The position numbers and the translations under genes were made by a program. Below are positions 36,176 to 63,249 of a stretch of 64,000 bases of DNA, one piece after another. The stretch spans positions 7,998,001-8,062,000 of the forward strand of contig CM120649.1 of assembly GCA_051362555.1 (NCBI GenBank). Direction: 5' to 3'. The stretch is from Lingula anatina. Lineage: Eukaryota; Animalia; Brachiopoda. The notes under the pieces were generated by a model. That model made no database searches and was not told where the DNA came from. It saw nothing but the letters and a program-made list of their open reading frames with translations. Positions within the stretch are counted from its first letter, which is position 1, and each line of letters begins with the position of its first letter.

Positions 36176-36965
36176 GTAAATCTCTCCCTCGAAATCTTCT
36201 TTCTCTCTCCCTCCCACTAAAGCTCCTCTCTCTCTCCCTATGCTTCTCTCTCTTAACTATAAACAAAGAAATGCACAAAAATCACAACCAAATAACAAGA
36301 TCTATAAGACCAGATCCCCAACGCACCTGGCTGCTGCTTGAACGTCCTTGACCGCCCCAGGCCAGTCCAGATCGCCCATGTAGTGTCCGGCCGTCTCACG
36401 GTCAGTGGCGACTTTGCCTCGGTAAAGGTCCGGCACGAGAGTGGTCAAGTGTCCGTCTTTGGAGAGGTTTGTGGCCTGTTGCTTTATCTGGTCATTCATT
36501 CCTGAAAATACAACCTCTGGCAATTGATTCCTGAAAAAAATCATCTCTGGTCATTCATTCCTATAGATATGAACATCTAGTGAAAAATGCAATCTAAAGT
36601 CCTGGAAGAGGGTGCTACCTACATACGTCCAGAGATTCTGCCCCGTCCTACTCTAACTCAAAAGAAACGTTTCTCCAACTTAAGAATTATATTACTATAT
36701 TTCTATTGTCAAACATTACAAAATGCCACAGCATTTTTTAAGTCGGAATATCTTATATAAAAATGTAGCACTAGTATAAGTACGTTTTTCTTTTGGTTGA
36801 TTTTTAATAACGACACTGTAAAACGCTCTGTGACCAGTGGATCAAGAGGATCTTACCCCACCACTCCTGCAGGACAATCAGTCCCTTCTTGCAGCCAGGG
36901 ACGTCCACCATGTGCCCCGGACAATCGCCCAGTTTATTCTCAGTTTGAAATGTCACAGTCGCCAT
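34677..36965 (-). CDS. Dienelactone hydrolase family protein (carboxymethylenebutenolidase / 'usf'-like), 226 aa
   Basis: Exons 36857-36965, 36327-36501, 35714-35873 and 34677-34913 (681 nt). Motifs LIVLQEWWGMN, LVPDLYRG, nucleophile GFCMGG, PFYG, AGHGF. Candidate upstream non-coding exon donors at ~38050 and ~38284. Confidence 0.92.
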
Positions 36966-38544
36966 GCTTGCTCTGGAGTACTAAGAAACAAATTAAGTCT
37001 CATTCTTTTAGTTCGTTTGTTTAAACTTTAAAAAAACGAGGCAGTAAAGCTGTCAAATGTGCAGACATAAAAAGCAGAAGATACCAATGACAGTCACAAA
37101 AATATTTAACAGCATAAATAACATACTGTTGATGTGAGCATTCAGAAAATATAACTGGCCCATGGGGCTTTAAAATCACAACTTGAAAATGGCAATCAGT
37201 GAATAATTACAGAATTATATAAATACATACAATTCAAATCTAAATAATAATAATAATAATAATATAATAATAATAATAAACTTTAGGAAAAAATTAAATT
37301 ATCCAATAAAGTTGCTATTCGAACTTCTAGCTTTTACAGTTGAGCTCAGAAAGAACGCACCAGATTGTAACCTGCTTGTTACCTCTTGTTACCAAATGTA
37401 TAACTATCTACAGTGATAATTATAGATTATAGGGTTTTACAGTCTAGTCACAGTCTGTTTAGACAGGGGATAATACCCCATTCTGCAATGAATCAGCAAA
37501 ACTATTAATTGTCTGTTGATAACGCAGTGGGCAAACATGCATTGGTTCAAGTAACACAAAAGAGGGGGGCGTTATAAATAGTAACCAGTTGTTTTAAGTG
37601 TTATTTTTGGAAACTTCCCATTCTTTCCGAGCTCAGATGTATATTTAAGTGCTGTGAATGCAATAGTTTGTTTGTAAGAGAAAGGTGCTTTTTCCGGGGA
37701 AAATTCATTTAGGAAGGTAATCCCGTATAGATTGCCTTAAATTCAACACTTTTCTTTGCAGTGTTTAAAGGTGACGTGAACCTTATGTTGACAGAGCTAG
37801 CAGATGCACCTGTCAATGTGCTTTCCCCTCAAAATCTGCAGACCTACGGTAGCCTACATGTAGATGTCTCCTAGTGCAAATATGCTATGTAAGAGTAGAC
37901 AGGTGACCATTTTTTTCACTGATAAACTGTTCACAGGAGTTCCATTTTAAACGACTAATGACTTTCAATTTGAAAGTCTTGCGAAGTTTCTATTGACAAA
38001 CCATACATGTATACCACAAAAAGCGCCAAACACGCCGTACTTGTACTTACGTTGTTCACAATGCTACTGAGTCCGACTTTCCCCGATTTAACCAGATAAC
38101 TGCGCACTAACAGTAACCTTGAGATAAGCATAGAATGAGATAACTTAGTGAAGCTAATATAAGTGAAACAGACGCAGTTGATATGTAGTTAGGTTGACCG
38201 GCCTTGACACAACTGACCTAATTCTATTCACAAATATGCACCGATTGTACAAACCGGAACAAATAAATGCTGAACGATACTTACTTTGTGGGTTTATGTA
38301 TATCTTCTACACTTCTTACAATCATGTGTGATAAGCTAGTTGCGGAGACATCTAAACATAGATACTTAAGTTACAATTTACAATTGTGAAATAACTAAGC
38401 CCGATTAATGAAATTGTATTATACCATCGCTATTGACCTACTTTCAAAGATCGCCAAAGCAGCAGAGCCTCAGTAGAGAGTAGAGTGACTCGGCAAATAT
38501 TGTCATTTCTTTAATAACTCAGGGCGTCTACTGCGTGACCGTGC

Positions 38545-53399
<14,855 letters not shown>

Positions 53400-54204
53400 A
53401 ATATATAAGGAAAAAAAATATATATATATAATTAATTACTTTTCAAAGGGCATCGGGAGCAACATGATATGTGAAACAGAAGTGAGTGAGATTAAGGAAT
53501 TTCAAATTATTTTGTCTCTAAATCTACTTCTGGACTCAATGAATTGTTACACATTATTGAAATCTGTTTAAATAACTACTAGTGATAACATAGCTTAGGC
53601 TGAAAAATTGATTTGTAGACTTGTTATCAGTAAGTAGTTCAAAAGTGTCTGCATCTCCTGCAATCTTTGCAAGGAAAATTTTCCCCCACTTGGTGTATGC
53701 AATTTGGGACAAGGACTGACGCACATTTGATCTTTCATTAAAATTATTTTTGGCACATGTTGATTTGAAATTTAATCTAAAGAATGTTACATAATTGTGA
53801 AAGTGATTTCTGCAGGTAAAATCTTGATCTTTTTGATTGCATACCTTAATGTGCAATTGTATTTTATAATATGTTAGACTTCAACAACATCTAATTCCTA
53901 GAATAAAATTTATGTTAATGACACATTATGAGGTACTTTGCCCTATACGTCATTACCCTAACATTAGAATATGATTTCATTAAACCAGATTGTGGTTAGC
54001 ATTGCCTTGTTATTATAATTGCTCAGCAGGTCTCTCCAGGGTATGGTAACATCCAGGAAATTCATGAATTAAACTGATACAAGTCAAAATATTGAATATA
54101 TTCTAAGAACATGAATGTATATAGTCTTGCTTCTTGTTGAACTTACCAGAGGACAGTAAAAACTTTTAAAGCATAACTTGACATATAAATGGCCTTAGTC
54201 AATA

Positions 54205-54249
<45 letters not shown>

Positions 54250-54909
54250 CTAAATATGAGTTTTTGGCAGGAAAATCCTGGCTTGGAAGGTTTTAATCTA
54301 TTATGACAAATCATTTCTCTGTTTAGACATAATATAAATTTTAATTTATCAATTTTCACCACCAGTAGCGGTGATCAACATATATTATATCTCCATGATA
54401 AATGTGACTCAAAAGTAGGATATTACAATTTTTGGAGATGGAAAGGGGGGAGGACGCAACTGACCATTCCAGGGTATTTTTTTCTATTACACAAAGATGA
54501 AATGAGCATTATTTGTTTGCCTATGCTCAATGTATTGGGATAACTGGTACAATTCTCTCCAGGTTTCAGGCTTAGGGACCATTCCCATAACCCTATCATG
54601 CTAGTTGGATTGATGCAACTCAGGGATTCTCTCTTAATTGCATACAGTTTAAAGTGGCTTAAATGTCTGGCACCCCCCTTTGTAACTGAAAGTACTTGGT
54701 TTAAGTCAGGAAAACTTTCTGGAACATGATGTTATGTTGCTTCGTGAGGGGGGCGTGCCAGACAATACAGCTGATTACATTGACTCTGCCTTAGCAAGAA
54801 TCCCTGCTGAGATAGAATGATCTTGCTAGTGTGATAGGGTTATGGGAACAGCTCCTTATCTAACTGGATGTGACACTGAGCATCATTTTCAAATCATGCA
54901 ATCCACATG

Positions 54910-55050
54910 TATTTTGTGGTGTGCCACAAGGCTTTGAGCTTGGTCGAAGTCTCTTTACACTGTATACTTCACCCACTGAGGATATAGTCACTCAGTTTGG
55001 TTTCAATTTGATGTTATATGTAGACGCTTCTCAGATATACATGCTGTGTG
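54910..55050 (+). mobile_element. Degenerate LINE reverse transcriptase core fragment
   Basis: CGVPQGFELGRSLFTLYT...MLYVDASQIY corresponds to a decayed GVPQGSVLGPLLF...YADDTQIY. Confidence 0.7.
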
Positions 55051-56512
55051 TGAAAATATTTGTGATAAAAAGCAACCTTTAAGGCTTGTATATATATATA
55101 TATATAGTCTTCGATGATGATAAAAGTAAATTGGTCCATTTCAACTCTAGGTTTCCCAAGACACTCAATAGCATATGAGTCAGGGATTCTGTTATCAAAA
55201 CAAGCACAGAAGTTAAATAACTACTTTAACAATTGTAGCTGAGGCTGAAAAATTGAATTGTAGGCTTGTTACATATATCAGTACACTATTCTTTGACAGG
55301 ATATCAAGACTCTCTACGTGACTGCACTTCTTGTACAGAAATAATTTCAAAAGATGGCATTTCTAATTAGGGGCACATTGCAATCATGGTTTTTCACTTC
55401 GCACTCTCTTCCATTTTGGGACTTAAGCAGATTTTAAAATAATTCCAAGGTAGGAATAGGTGTGTGGGTATACAGTGGAGTCCATGTAATAAATAAGCAA
55501 TTACTTCACATTCGTTTCCATTTTCTGACAGAGATTTTATCTTCATATCATATTATTTTGATTTTGAATATAAAAATTCAGGGGCCGATGGTAGCTGTTT
55601 TAAAGGAGACAGAATTTTTCAGGTTTACATGACAGGTGTGTAATTTTCTGTCGATAAACTGTCTTAAATGGAGGTTGGATCAACAAAGATAATTTGGAAT
55701 ACTGTCAGAAAATATCTCCGGATCTGCCCCTGAAAGTGTACCGTAAGCTCTGCTAGTCCACGTGTGTTGACGAGCCATGTGTTGGCTCTGGTAGACGACT
55801 GTTTCTTGCTTCAAGCCTCACTGGTATAACAGTGTGAAACATGAAATGGCGAGACTCTGACTATGCTTTCAGCAAGATGTGAACTGGTACAGAGGTGAAA
55901 ACGAGAATGTCCCAGCTGAAAATGTTCCAAGCATATTAAATGATAAATGGAAAAATAATTATGTTACTGTAGTTGCCACATAACTAGAACTGAAGTGCTA
56001 TGGCAATTGCATGATTTATTTTATCATTATTTTTATTGAATCTGAATTTAAAGAATCCCACAAGATTATGTATTGTGAAAGTGATTCCAAAGGCAAAGTA
56101 TTTGCCTGCCACACTTGTAATGTAAAGGTGCAAATCTTTTAAAGCCTTTAAGTCGATCATTATCACATTCCCTAATTTATTCTAAGCTTGTATTTGGACT
56201 GATATAATAAGACAGAACTATTGAACTGCTAACATAAAATTATTTTGGCATTTGCATTGATGGAACACTTCAACAAAAATGAATAAATACTGAAAAATTA
56301 TGCAGTGTGACAGTGATTTTTATTTATTTTATTTTATTATTATTTTTTAGGGGGGGGGGAGGGTGGAATGGGGTCATTAAACAAGATTGAAATAATCAAT
56401 GCTTGCATCAAATTGAATGTTCTCAGGTCATTTTTTAACCATGGACACAAAACATGGACACAAAACACCTTAAGGAAGTTGATAACACCCAGAAACTTCA
56501 GGGGTAGACTAA

Positions 56513-56729
56513 GGCTTCGTTCACATGGAATGTCTATTTTCTAAAAATCTATTTTCTATTCGCACTATCTTATGATCACGGTCTGTGCCCTGAATATCCC
56601 ACCAAGTAATTACTGGCAGCGCTGCCAGTAATTACGCTGCGGGATATTCGGGGCACAGACCGTGATCATAAGACATACCGCGAATAGAAAATAGAATTTA
56701 GAAAATAGACATTGCATGTGAATGAAGCC
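56513..56729. mobile_element. Near-perfect 217-bp foldback MITE
   Basis: The whole element is an inverted repeat centred on GTAATTACTGGCAGCGCTGCCAGTAATTAC. Flanked by TAA/TTA. Confidence 0.85.
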
Positions 56730-58967
56730 TTACAGCATAAGTCCCAAAATTTCTTCTATTATGACTCTAGATTTAATTTAATTTAATTTAATTTGAAATC
56801 TCATTTTTACCATCAGTAGTGGCAATCACCACCCTCTATCTCCAAGAAAAAAGTGACAGTCACTATAAAACTAGAATATTAGAACTTGGGGCAGGGGAAC
56901 GTGTGTGTAATTTTCAGGATTTTTTTTCCTTTTACAAAGATATAACGAGTGCTGTATGCCTGTAAAATTATGTATCTTTTAGTATGTGCAGATGACTTTC
57001 AGTGTAAGTATAAATAATATCAGCCTTATGACTCAGAGTAAAATCAAATGCCTTTAAACAATACACTCTGTGAGATGAACAGTGGACAAGACATATTCAA
57101 AATGCATTTTGATGTGTGCTATTAATCACAAAGGCTGAATATGAATTTTTTGCGGGATAAATACGAATTTTTTGCCATTAGTGTTTAATTTGTCTAAATC
57201 AGTACAGTTATAGTAGTTAGGTGTTTCAAACACATTGATTTGAAGTCTGTGTTGAACTTCATACTTGAATTTTATACCTAAAAGCACTAAAAACCTTCAA
57301 AAGAAACTGTTGTTGTCAAATTTATTTTCTGCAAAACTGACATAATAGTAAAATGATACTTTGTTTCACTTGATGATATGAACATCTTCTAAATGACCAA
57401 CTCAATAGACATAATATAAGTTAGAGGCATCAGACAAAACATAAAGCCATACCAGTACACAGTCAACATAATACAATGTCTTCAGAATTGACATTAATAA
57501 ATGAAAAATGTGGCACAATTTCAATGGTGAAAATCACCTTTCAAAAACTTGCCTCAAGCAAGATACAAATTAAATTATTGTAAACTACTCTTTTATATTA
57601 TGTTACTACACATGTAGCACAGTTATGTAAATACACATGTAGCACGTTTCAAGCCGCTTACACAGATGAAAATAGAACAGGCCAATTCCTTGCAAATTTA
57701 AATCACTTAATTTACGCCAAACTATATCATAAGATTATAATTGGTTCCTGACAAATGCACCCCGTACTTGTCTCCCAACCGACTTCTCACATTCAGGCCC
57801 CTTACTAGCCCCATTACTCCTGGCAAGCACTTGGAAAGAAAACTTTGAGGAATAGAATATATTTAGTTTTCTGTGATAGACTTTTGTTGAGAAACAAATG
57901 CGATGACAGACATGACTTTGCAATAAATAACAATCAATGTCAAATTAAGCTTACCAAATGCCAATAGATCACATTGCTATGGACAGAGAACCATAATCAG
58001 AGGGCCATCTTTGACAAGGGCCATATTGCTGTTGCACAGAATATTTATGATTCTCTTTCCAGCAGGCAAAGTTTATCAAATTTTCAGACATGTCATTTCA
58101 TAAAATCACAAAAATTTAATCTTTCTCATAGAAATAGACTATAAAGCATTTGCTGTGCTTAGACCACATGGAATAAAACTATAGAGTAGCCTTTTTAATT
58201 TTGTTGCTACCACTCAACAAAAATGTTCTAATTTAAAAAAAAAAATTGACTTAGAAAATAAAGTACCTGTCAAATTCTCAATTTCCACAATTGAAAAGAT
58301 CAAGATTATACTATAACAGTTATTTAATCACCAATCAACTATGAACAAAAGTGAAGTCCAAGTTGGGTGTGATTTGAACATGGCACTTCACGTTTCTGCA
58401 TGTGCCACCAGTTGTAAATTAAAGCAACAGGTTTTGATGAGTATATTCAGGCATAAACAGCCATGGTGCTTCATCTAATTGGCTGATACTGTGGTTTTAT
58501 AAAGCTTCCAAGACACGTATGATAATTATGAAACACGACCACAGTAACCTATAACATTTAACACAGAAACGGTCACTGTGACTTTCCACATAACTCTGAA
58601 GTGTTAATATTTGTGAAGGTGATAGACAACTGGTTTGTCCAAGAAAGCAGAGCAAAAAGAAAAAAAATCAATGCATTTTTTACTTAACAACTGCAACATC
58701 ACATGGTTCAAAGGTGTAGTGTTCTTTATAGTTCTTGCTTGGAAATAAAAATACTTCCGGGCAAAAAAATTCAAGGCAGCATGCAGTTTTAAAACAGAAT
58801 TCTGTTCAACAAAACTACAATAAAATATCTTCTTATTAGCATGTGATTACTGTTGCCTTAAACTCTGGCCAATACCCAAACTAACAGAGAATTTTCTTAA
58901 GTTTGCAATATAAATTCCTATTATGTGATCATAAAAATGATCAGACTACATGAAAATGAATTCAATA

Positions 58968-59423
58968 TACTCTCAGCATGAGGATGCACTCACCATACCC
59001 TCGCAGCGTGAGGATGAACTCACCATACTCTCATAGCACGAGGATGAACTCGAACTCACCATACCCTCGCAGCATGAGGATGAACTCACTGTACTTTCAT
59101 AGCATAAGGATGAACTCACCATACTCTCATAGCACGAGGATGAACTCACTATACTCTCAAACCATGACGGTGAACTCACTGTACTCTTACAGCACAAGGA
59201 TGAACTCACTAAACTCTCACAGCATGAGGATGAACTCGCCATACTCTCATAGCATAAGGATGAACTCACCATACTCTCAGCACAAGGATGAACTCACTAT
59301 ACTCTAACATCATGAGAAGGAACTCACTATAGAGTATATACTCTAAAAGCATAAGGATAAACTTACTGCACTCTTACAGAATGAGGATGAGCTTATACTT
59401 GCATACTCTCAAAGCACGAGGAT
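58968..59423. repeat. 30-bp minisatellite (AGCATGAGGATGAACTCACCATACTCTCAT)n, about 14-15 copies
   Basis: Direct periodicity. It generates the 10-aa-repeat ORFs on both strands. Confidence 0.9.
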
Positions 59424-59731
59424 AAGTATGTAGTGGAAAAGTTTGCACTGGAAAAGTATGTACTGGCCTACTTGATTGGTGCCAATCTTTATAGCCTGCA
59501 TGTACATTGTTTTCACAAATGATTTAAAAATACTGGGATATGTGTAGTAGCCATACAGGCAGGCATAGTTTCCCTACCTTAATACTAAGAAGTGAACAAA
59601 TTCAGTGCACTCGAAAAGCACTAATAAACTGGATAAATTGGTGTAACTATCAATGATAAACTTCCTTTTATTTCATTCACCGGTGGCAAGTTAAGTCTGT
59701 ACAACGAAATGTGACTGAACTGGCTGGACTC

Positions 59732-62700
59732 TCACAACATGAATATGTACTGGAAAAACTGCGTTGTGACCATGTGACTTTCTTCATATTCACTGGTAGC
59801 AAGGTCACAGTAGTTCAGGACTGCCTGCATGAGATCTCCCACAGCCCAACCTTTACCTAAGATGTACTTCACCACTGCTTCAAACTGAAAGTATGGGACA
59901 CAAAATACCTTCATGATAAATGATGAATAGTGTTCAGAGAAAACTCACACACAACGCCAAATATCAGAACATTTTTAAGTCATTGGTTTCATTTATTTCA
60001 CTTATTAAATAACCACTCCTGCCAATATGACAAACCAGTTGTTTCTTACCTCTATCATTCTCTCATCCCCAAATGTGAAATAGGCAAGGTAAGGAGCATC
60101 CACAGAAGAGGCCGCCATCCACTGGATCATCGCCTTCAGTTGGGGGTCTCCTCCAAATGCACCACACCCCCAGTTACCCGTGGCTATTGGAAGTTGAATG
60201 TCCTGAAAAACAAAGATTTTTAAAATGTATTCTATTGAGCTGCAGAATTTTGAGAGGGAGGAGATCAGAAATCAGCATGGTCCAGTGATGGGATCCAACT
60301 TATTCCAGTTACTTTAATTGTGGACAGTTCACTTCAACAATAATTATCATGTCCATTCATGTCTTTTCCTGGTTAAACAAATAACCAGTCTGCAGAATTG
60401 ACAAATTCCACACGTTTGACAATTTGTACACCATAATAATTTGAATGCTGTAAATAAAACAATTAAAAATCAGCAATGAAACATAAAAAACATTTACCAT
60501 TTCAGCAATATATCTCTCTACTCCTGTATTTATTGCTGCAGAAACGACTTCCTTGGCAACAGCCTCTACGTCTGGGCCAGAGGCTGCATCTGACCACTCA
60601 TCTTCTGACTGGTCAGTTTCCTGGTCACCTGACACATTGTGGGGGACACCATATGCCTCTTCGGGTGCAAGTGGCAAGAATTCATGAACCACTTCAGAAA
60701 CTGCACTATGAATGATGTTACTTGATAAAGTTTGGGCAAAGTTATCGACAGTATCTGCTAAAACTGAAACGCTTTGGTTATCATTCAGATTTACGGTTGC
60801 CGCCATATTGTTCAGTGCTGGTCCTTGGTTGTTGTCGACATCAGAGTCTCTGTCATGGGTACAGGCACTACAGTCATGGTCCTCATATTCAGACTCACTT
60901 GTACATGTCTCACTACGACTTAACCTTACAAAGACATCGTGAATCACCTCGTTCACAATATCATCTGCATAATCAGACAGGCGTTCTGTGAACGGCTTCA
61001 GGTTGAAAATATCCCTCATCTTAATACCACCTGTGCTACCTCTTCTTGACACCACAGAAGGTTGATCATAAAGACATGTCCCGTTGCTGCCGCCACCACC
61101 ACCACGGCTTAAATTACCAAAATCAAAACTTTTCCTGTGGGAAGTTGAAACAGACCGGTTTTGAACTTTCTGGAACATCTCAAATGATGGGCTTCCCGAG
61201 CTACTGTGCATGAGCTGCTCGGCAAAGTCTGAGAGAGTGACGTCTCGGAATCCACAACTTCCTCGCCGAGGGAGTTTATTTAGCTCTGTCATGGAACTTC
61301 TTTTGACCAAGTCCTCTGCAAATCTGAAGATATTCAGTACACATTAATTTCATCATACTTGATTCATTTTATTGGAGGTGTTTTGCATAAAATTGTAGAA
61401 TCTGGTTCTTCTTTAATTCTTTTACTTATGCATGAACCATGCAATTAAAGTATTCACTATTGAGATAAAGTAAGTTCCCTATGGATAATTTACAAAGAGA
61501 ATGTAATAAGGTCATACATAAATAAATTTACTGCAACCTTCCTGGTAAGCGTCAATGCTCAGAGCCTAATTTAATACTGCTATAATATGTAAACCATGCA
61601 AACCTTGTTAACTCATCTGACCGGAAACCTTTGGCAAACTCTCCAGCAAGAATTTCAGCTCCAATGTTTTTGGAGTCTTTGGTTAAAGGCACACTCCCTC
61701 GCCGTTTATCTTTCCAGTCTGAGTGCAACTTGTAAAACTTCCTTAGCACACTGAATGCATCCAAGAGAACTATTTTGGCACATGTACTAGAATACTGGTC
61801 CAAGTTCCTATACTGAGTTGTGAAGGCATGACTGCGGTGAGCCTGTGAGATCTCTGAACCATCAACAACTTCTGTTCCAACTGAAAATGATTGATGACTT
61901 TCGCCTAAAGCTAGACAGTTGCTCATTTGACACTGGTCTGCGTAGTTTGTGTTTGGCACATTGTCCTGCTGCATAGATGACTCTCCAACACAGGCTCTGG
62001 GTGGAGGAGGCCAAGACCTCTCTTCAGGGTTAAGGTCAACTGGGCATGTGCCCCTAAGGTCAAGGTCATTAAATTCATAAAGGTCATGCAGCTCATCCCC
62101 ACTTGCAATTGGTCCTCGTAGAACTGCTGCAATGCCTTGTGTTGCCTCATTCAATGTTTTAGAAAAAATCTCTCCAACCATACCACCTGTACTGCTGTCA
62201 GTACATTGATTGACAGGAGAAGACTCCACCCCTTTGGCACTTAACTCCTCTTCTTTTTGACAGCCTGCTTCACTGCCAAGTACCTTTTGGAGAAGAACTT
62301 GAGCAAATGTGTCTTTGCCTCCAGGCTGAGCTGTTCTGCCTGTGGAAGTTGAACTATGCAATCTCTTCTTGGTCGAACTGGCTTTCCCACAAAGGCCAAG
62401 GTCATCACCAATGTCAAGGTCACTGCTGAGGTCATTGCCAGTTGTACAATTTGTCCTGTGTTTCCCCTGTATGTGTGGTATTGAAGTGTCCTGAGGATCA
62501 ATATCAGTTCTACTCACAGCTGCAGAATTACTGTCAGGTACCAGTGGAAGCAGGTCTTTCGATTGGTTAGCTCTGAGGATACTCACAGCCCCCTCTACAA
62601 GAGAATTCACATACTCCCTGGTGGACTCTTCAATATGAGGTCCTTCAAGACGATCAAACTGTACTTTTCTCTCCTGTTCAGTGCTCTCCTCCTCTGTGGT

Positions 62701-63249
62701 GGAGTCGCCACTACTGTTACTGAGGTCTTGGGACGACTCTTGTGAAATGGCGGCCAGTTGGTGCCCTTTCATCCCGCGGGTTGGGAGAGGTCTGACCATT
62801 TTCACAGCAGGCTGGCAGCTGTCAAAGGCCTGTACCCCTGCCAAACTCTGCTGCACCACCTTCCAACTGTCCTCCATTAACTGCGAGATCAATGCTGTGG
62901 CGAAGTCTGAGAGTCTCGGCTGAGAGGTGCTCGATTCTTCTTTGATAGTACTGTGGCGTTTCTTCATCTCTTTCTGTTGAAATCCTTCGTAATATTCCTC
63001 AAAATCTGTACTGAAGTCTGAGCTCTGGCGTGTGCTGTAGCTGCTACGCCGTGAGGAAATGTCACTTAAATTTGAGCTTCGTCTGCGAAACTGGTTCATC
63101 CAAAGGCTCTGAACATCCACTGGAACGTTTAAGTGGCTGTGATTGCAGATTCCTATTGGTTGAAGGTGGTCATGTGGTGCTTGGTTGGCAAGGTCATTCT
63201 CTGCTGCCATATTGTCATTCTCATTTTCCTCTATCTCTTCTTTAGTACC
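59732..63249 (-). CDS. 3' part of a large protein with a PARG (poly(ADP-ribose) glycohydrolase) C-terminal segment and AKAP-like features; 5' exons outside the window
   Basis: Exons 61604-63249 (upstream boundary least certain), 60498-61323, 60050-60202 and 59732-59884; GT-AG, phases match, 2778 nt. Exon 60050-60202 (absent from the ORF track) encodes DIQLPIATGNWGCGAFGGDPQLKAMIQWMAASSVDAPYLAYFTFGDERMIE. The last exon encodes FEAVVKYILGKGWAVGDLMQAVLNYC...FFQYIFML*. Confidence 0.85.

Noticed and set aside
35990-36255. CT-rich tract and other microsatellites or homopolymers (e.g. 20160 (AAT)n, 38760 (CA)(GA)n, 54208 poly-A)
   Set aside because: Ordinary simple repeats with no additional structure.
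58973-59307. Repetitive ORFs on both strands (SSSSCYESMV / RMNSPYSHS)
   Set aside because: Products of a 30-bp minisatellite whose unit is a multiple of 3. No splice context.
58968-59423. CRISPR-like appearance of the 30-bp repeats
   Set aside because: Units are head-to-tail without unique spacers, the context is eukaryotic and there are no cas genes.
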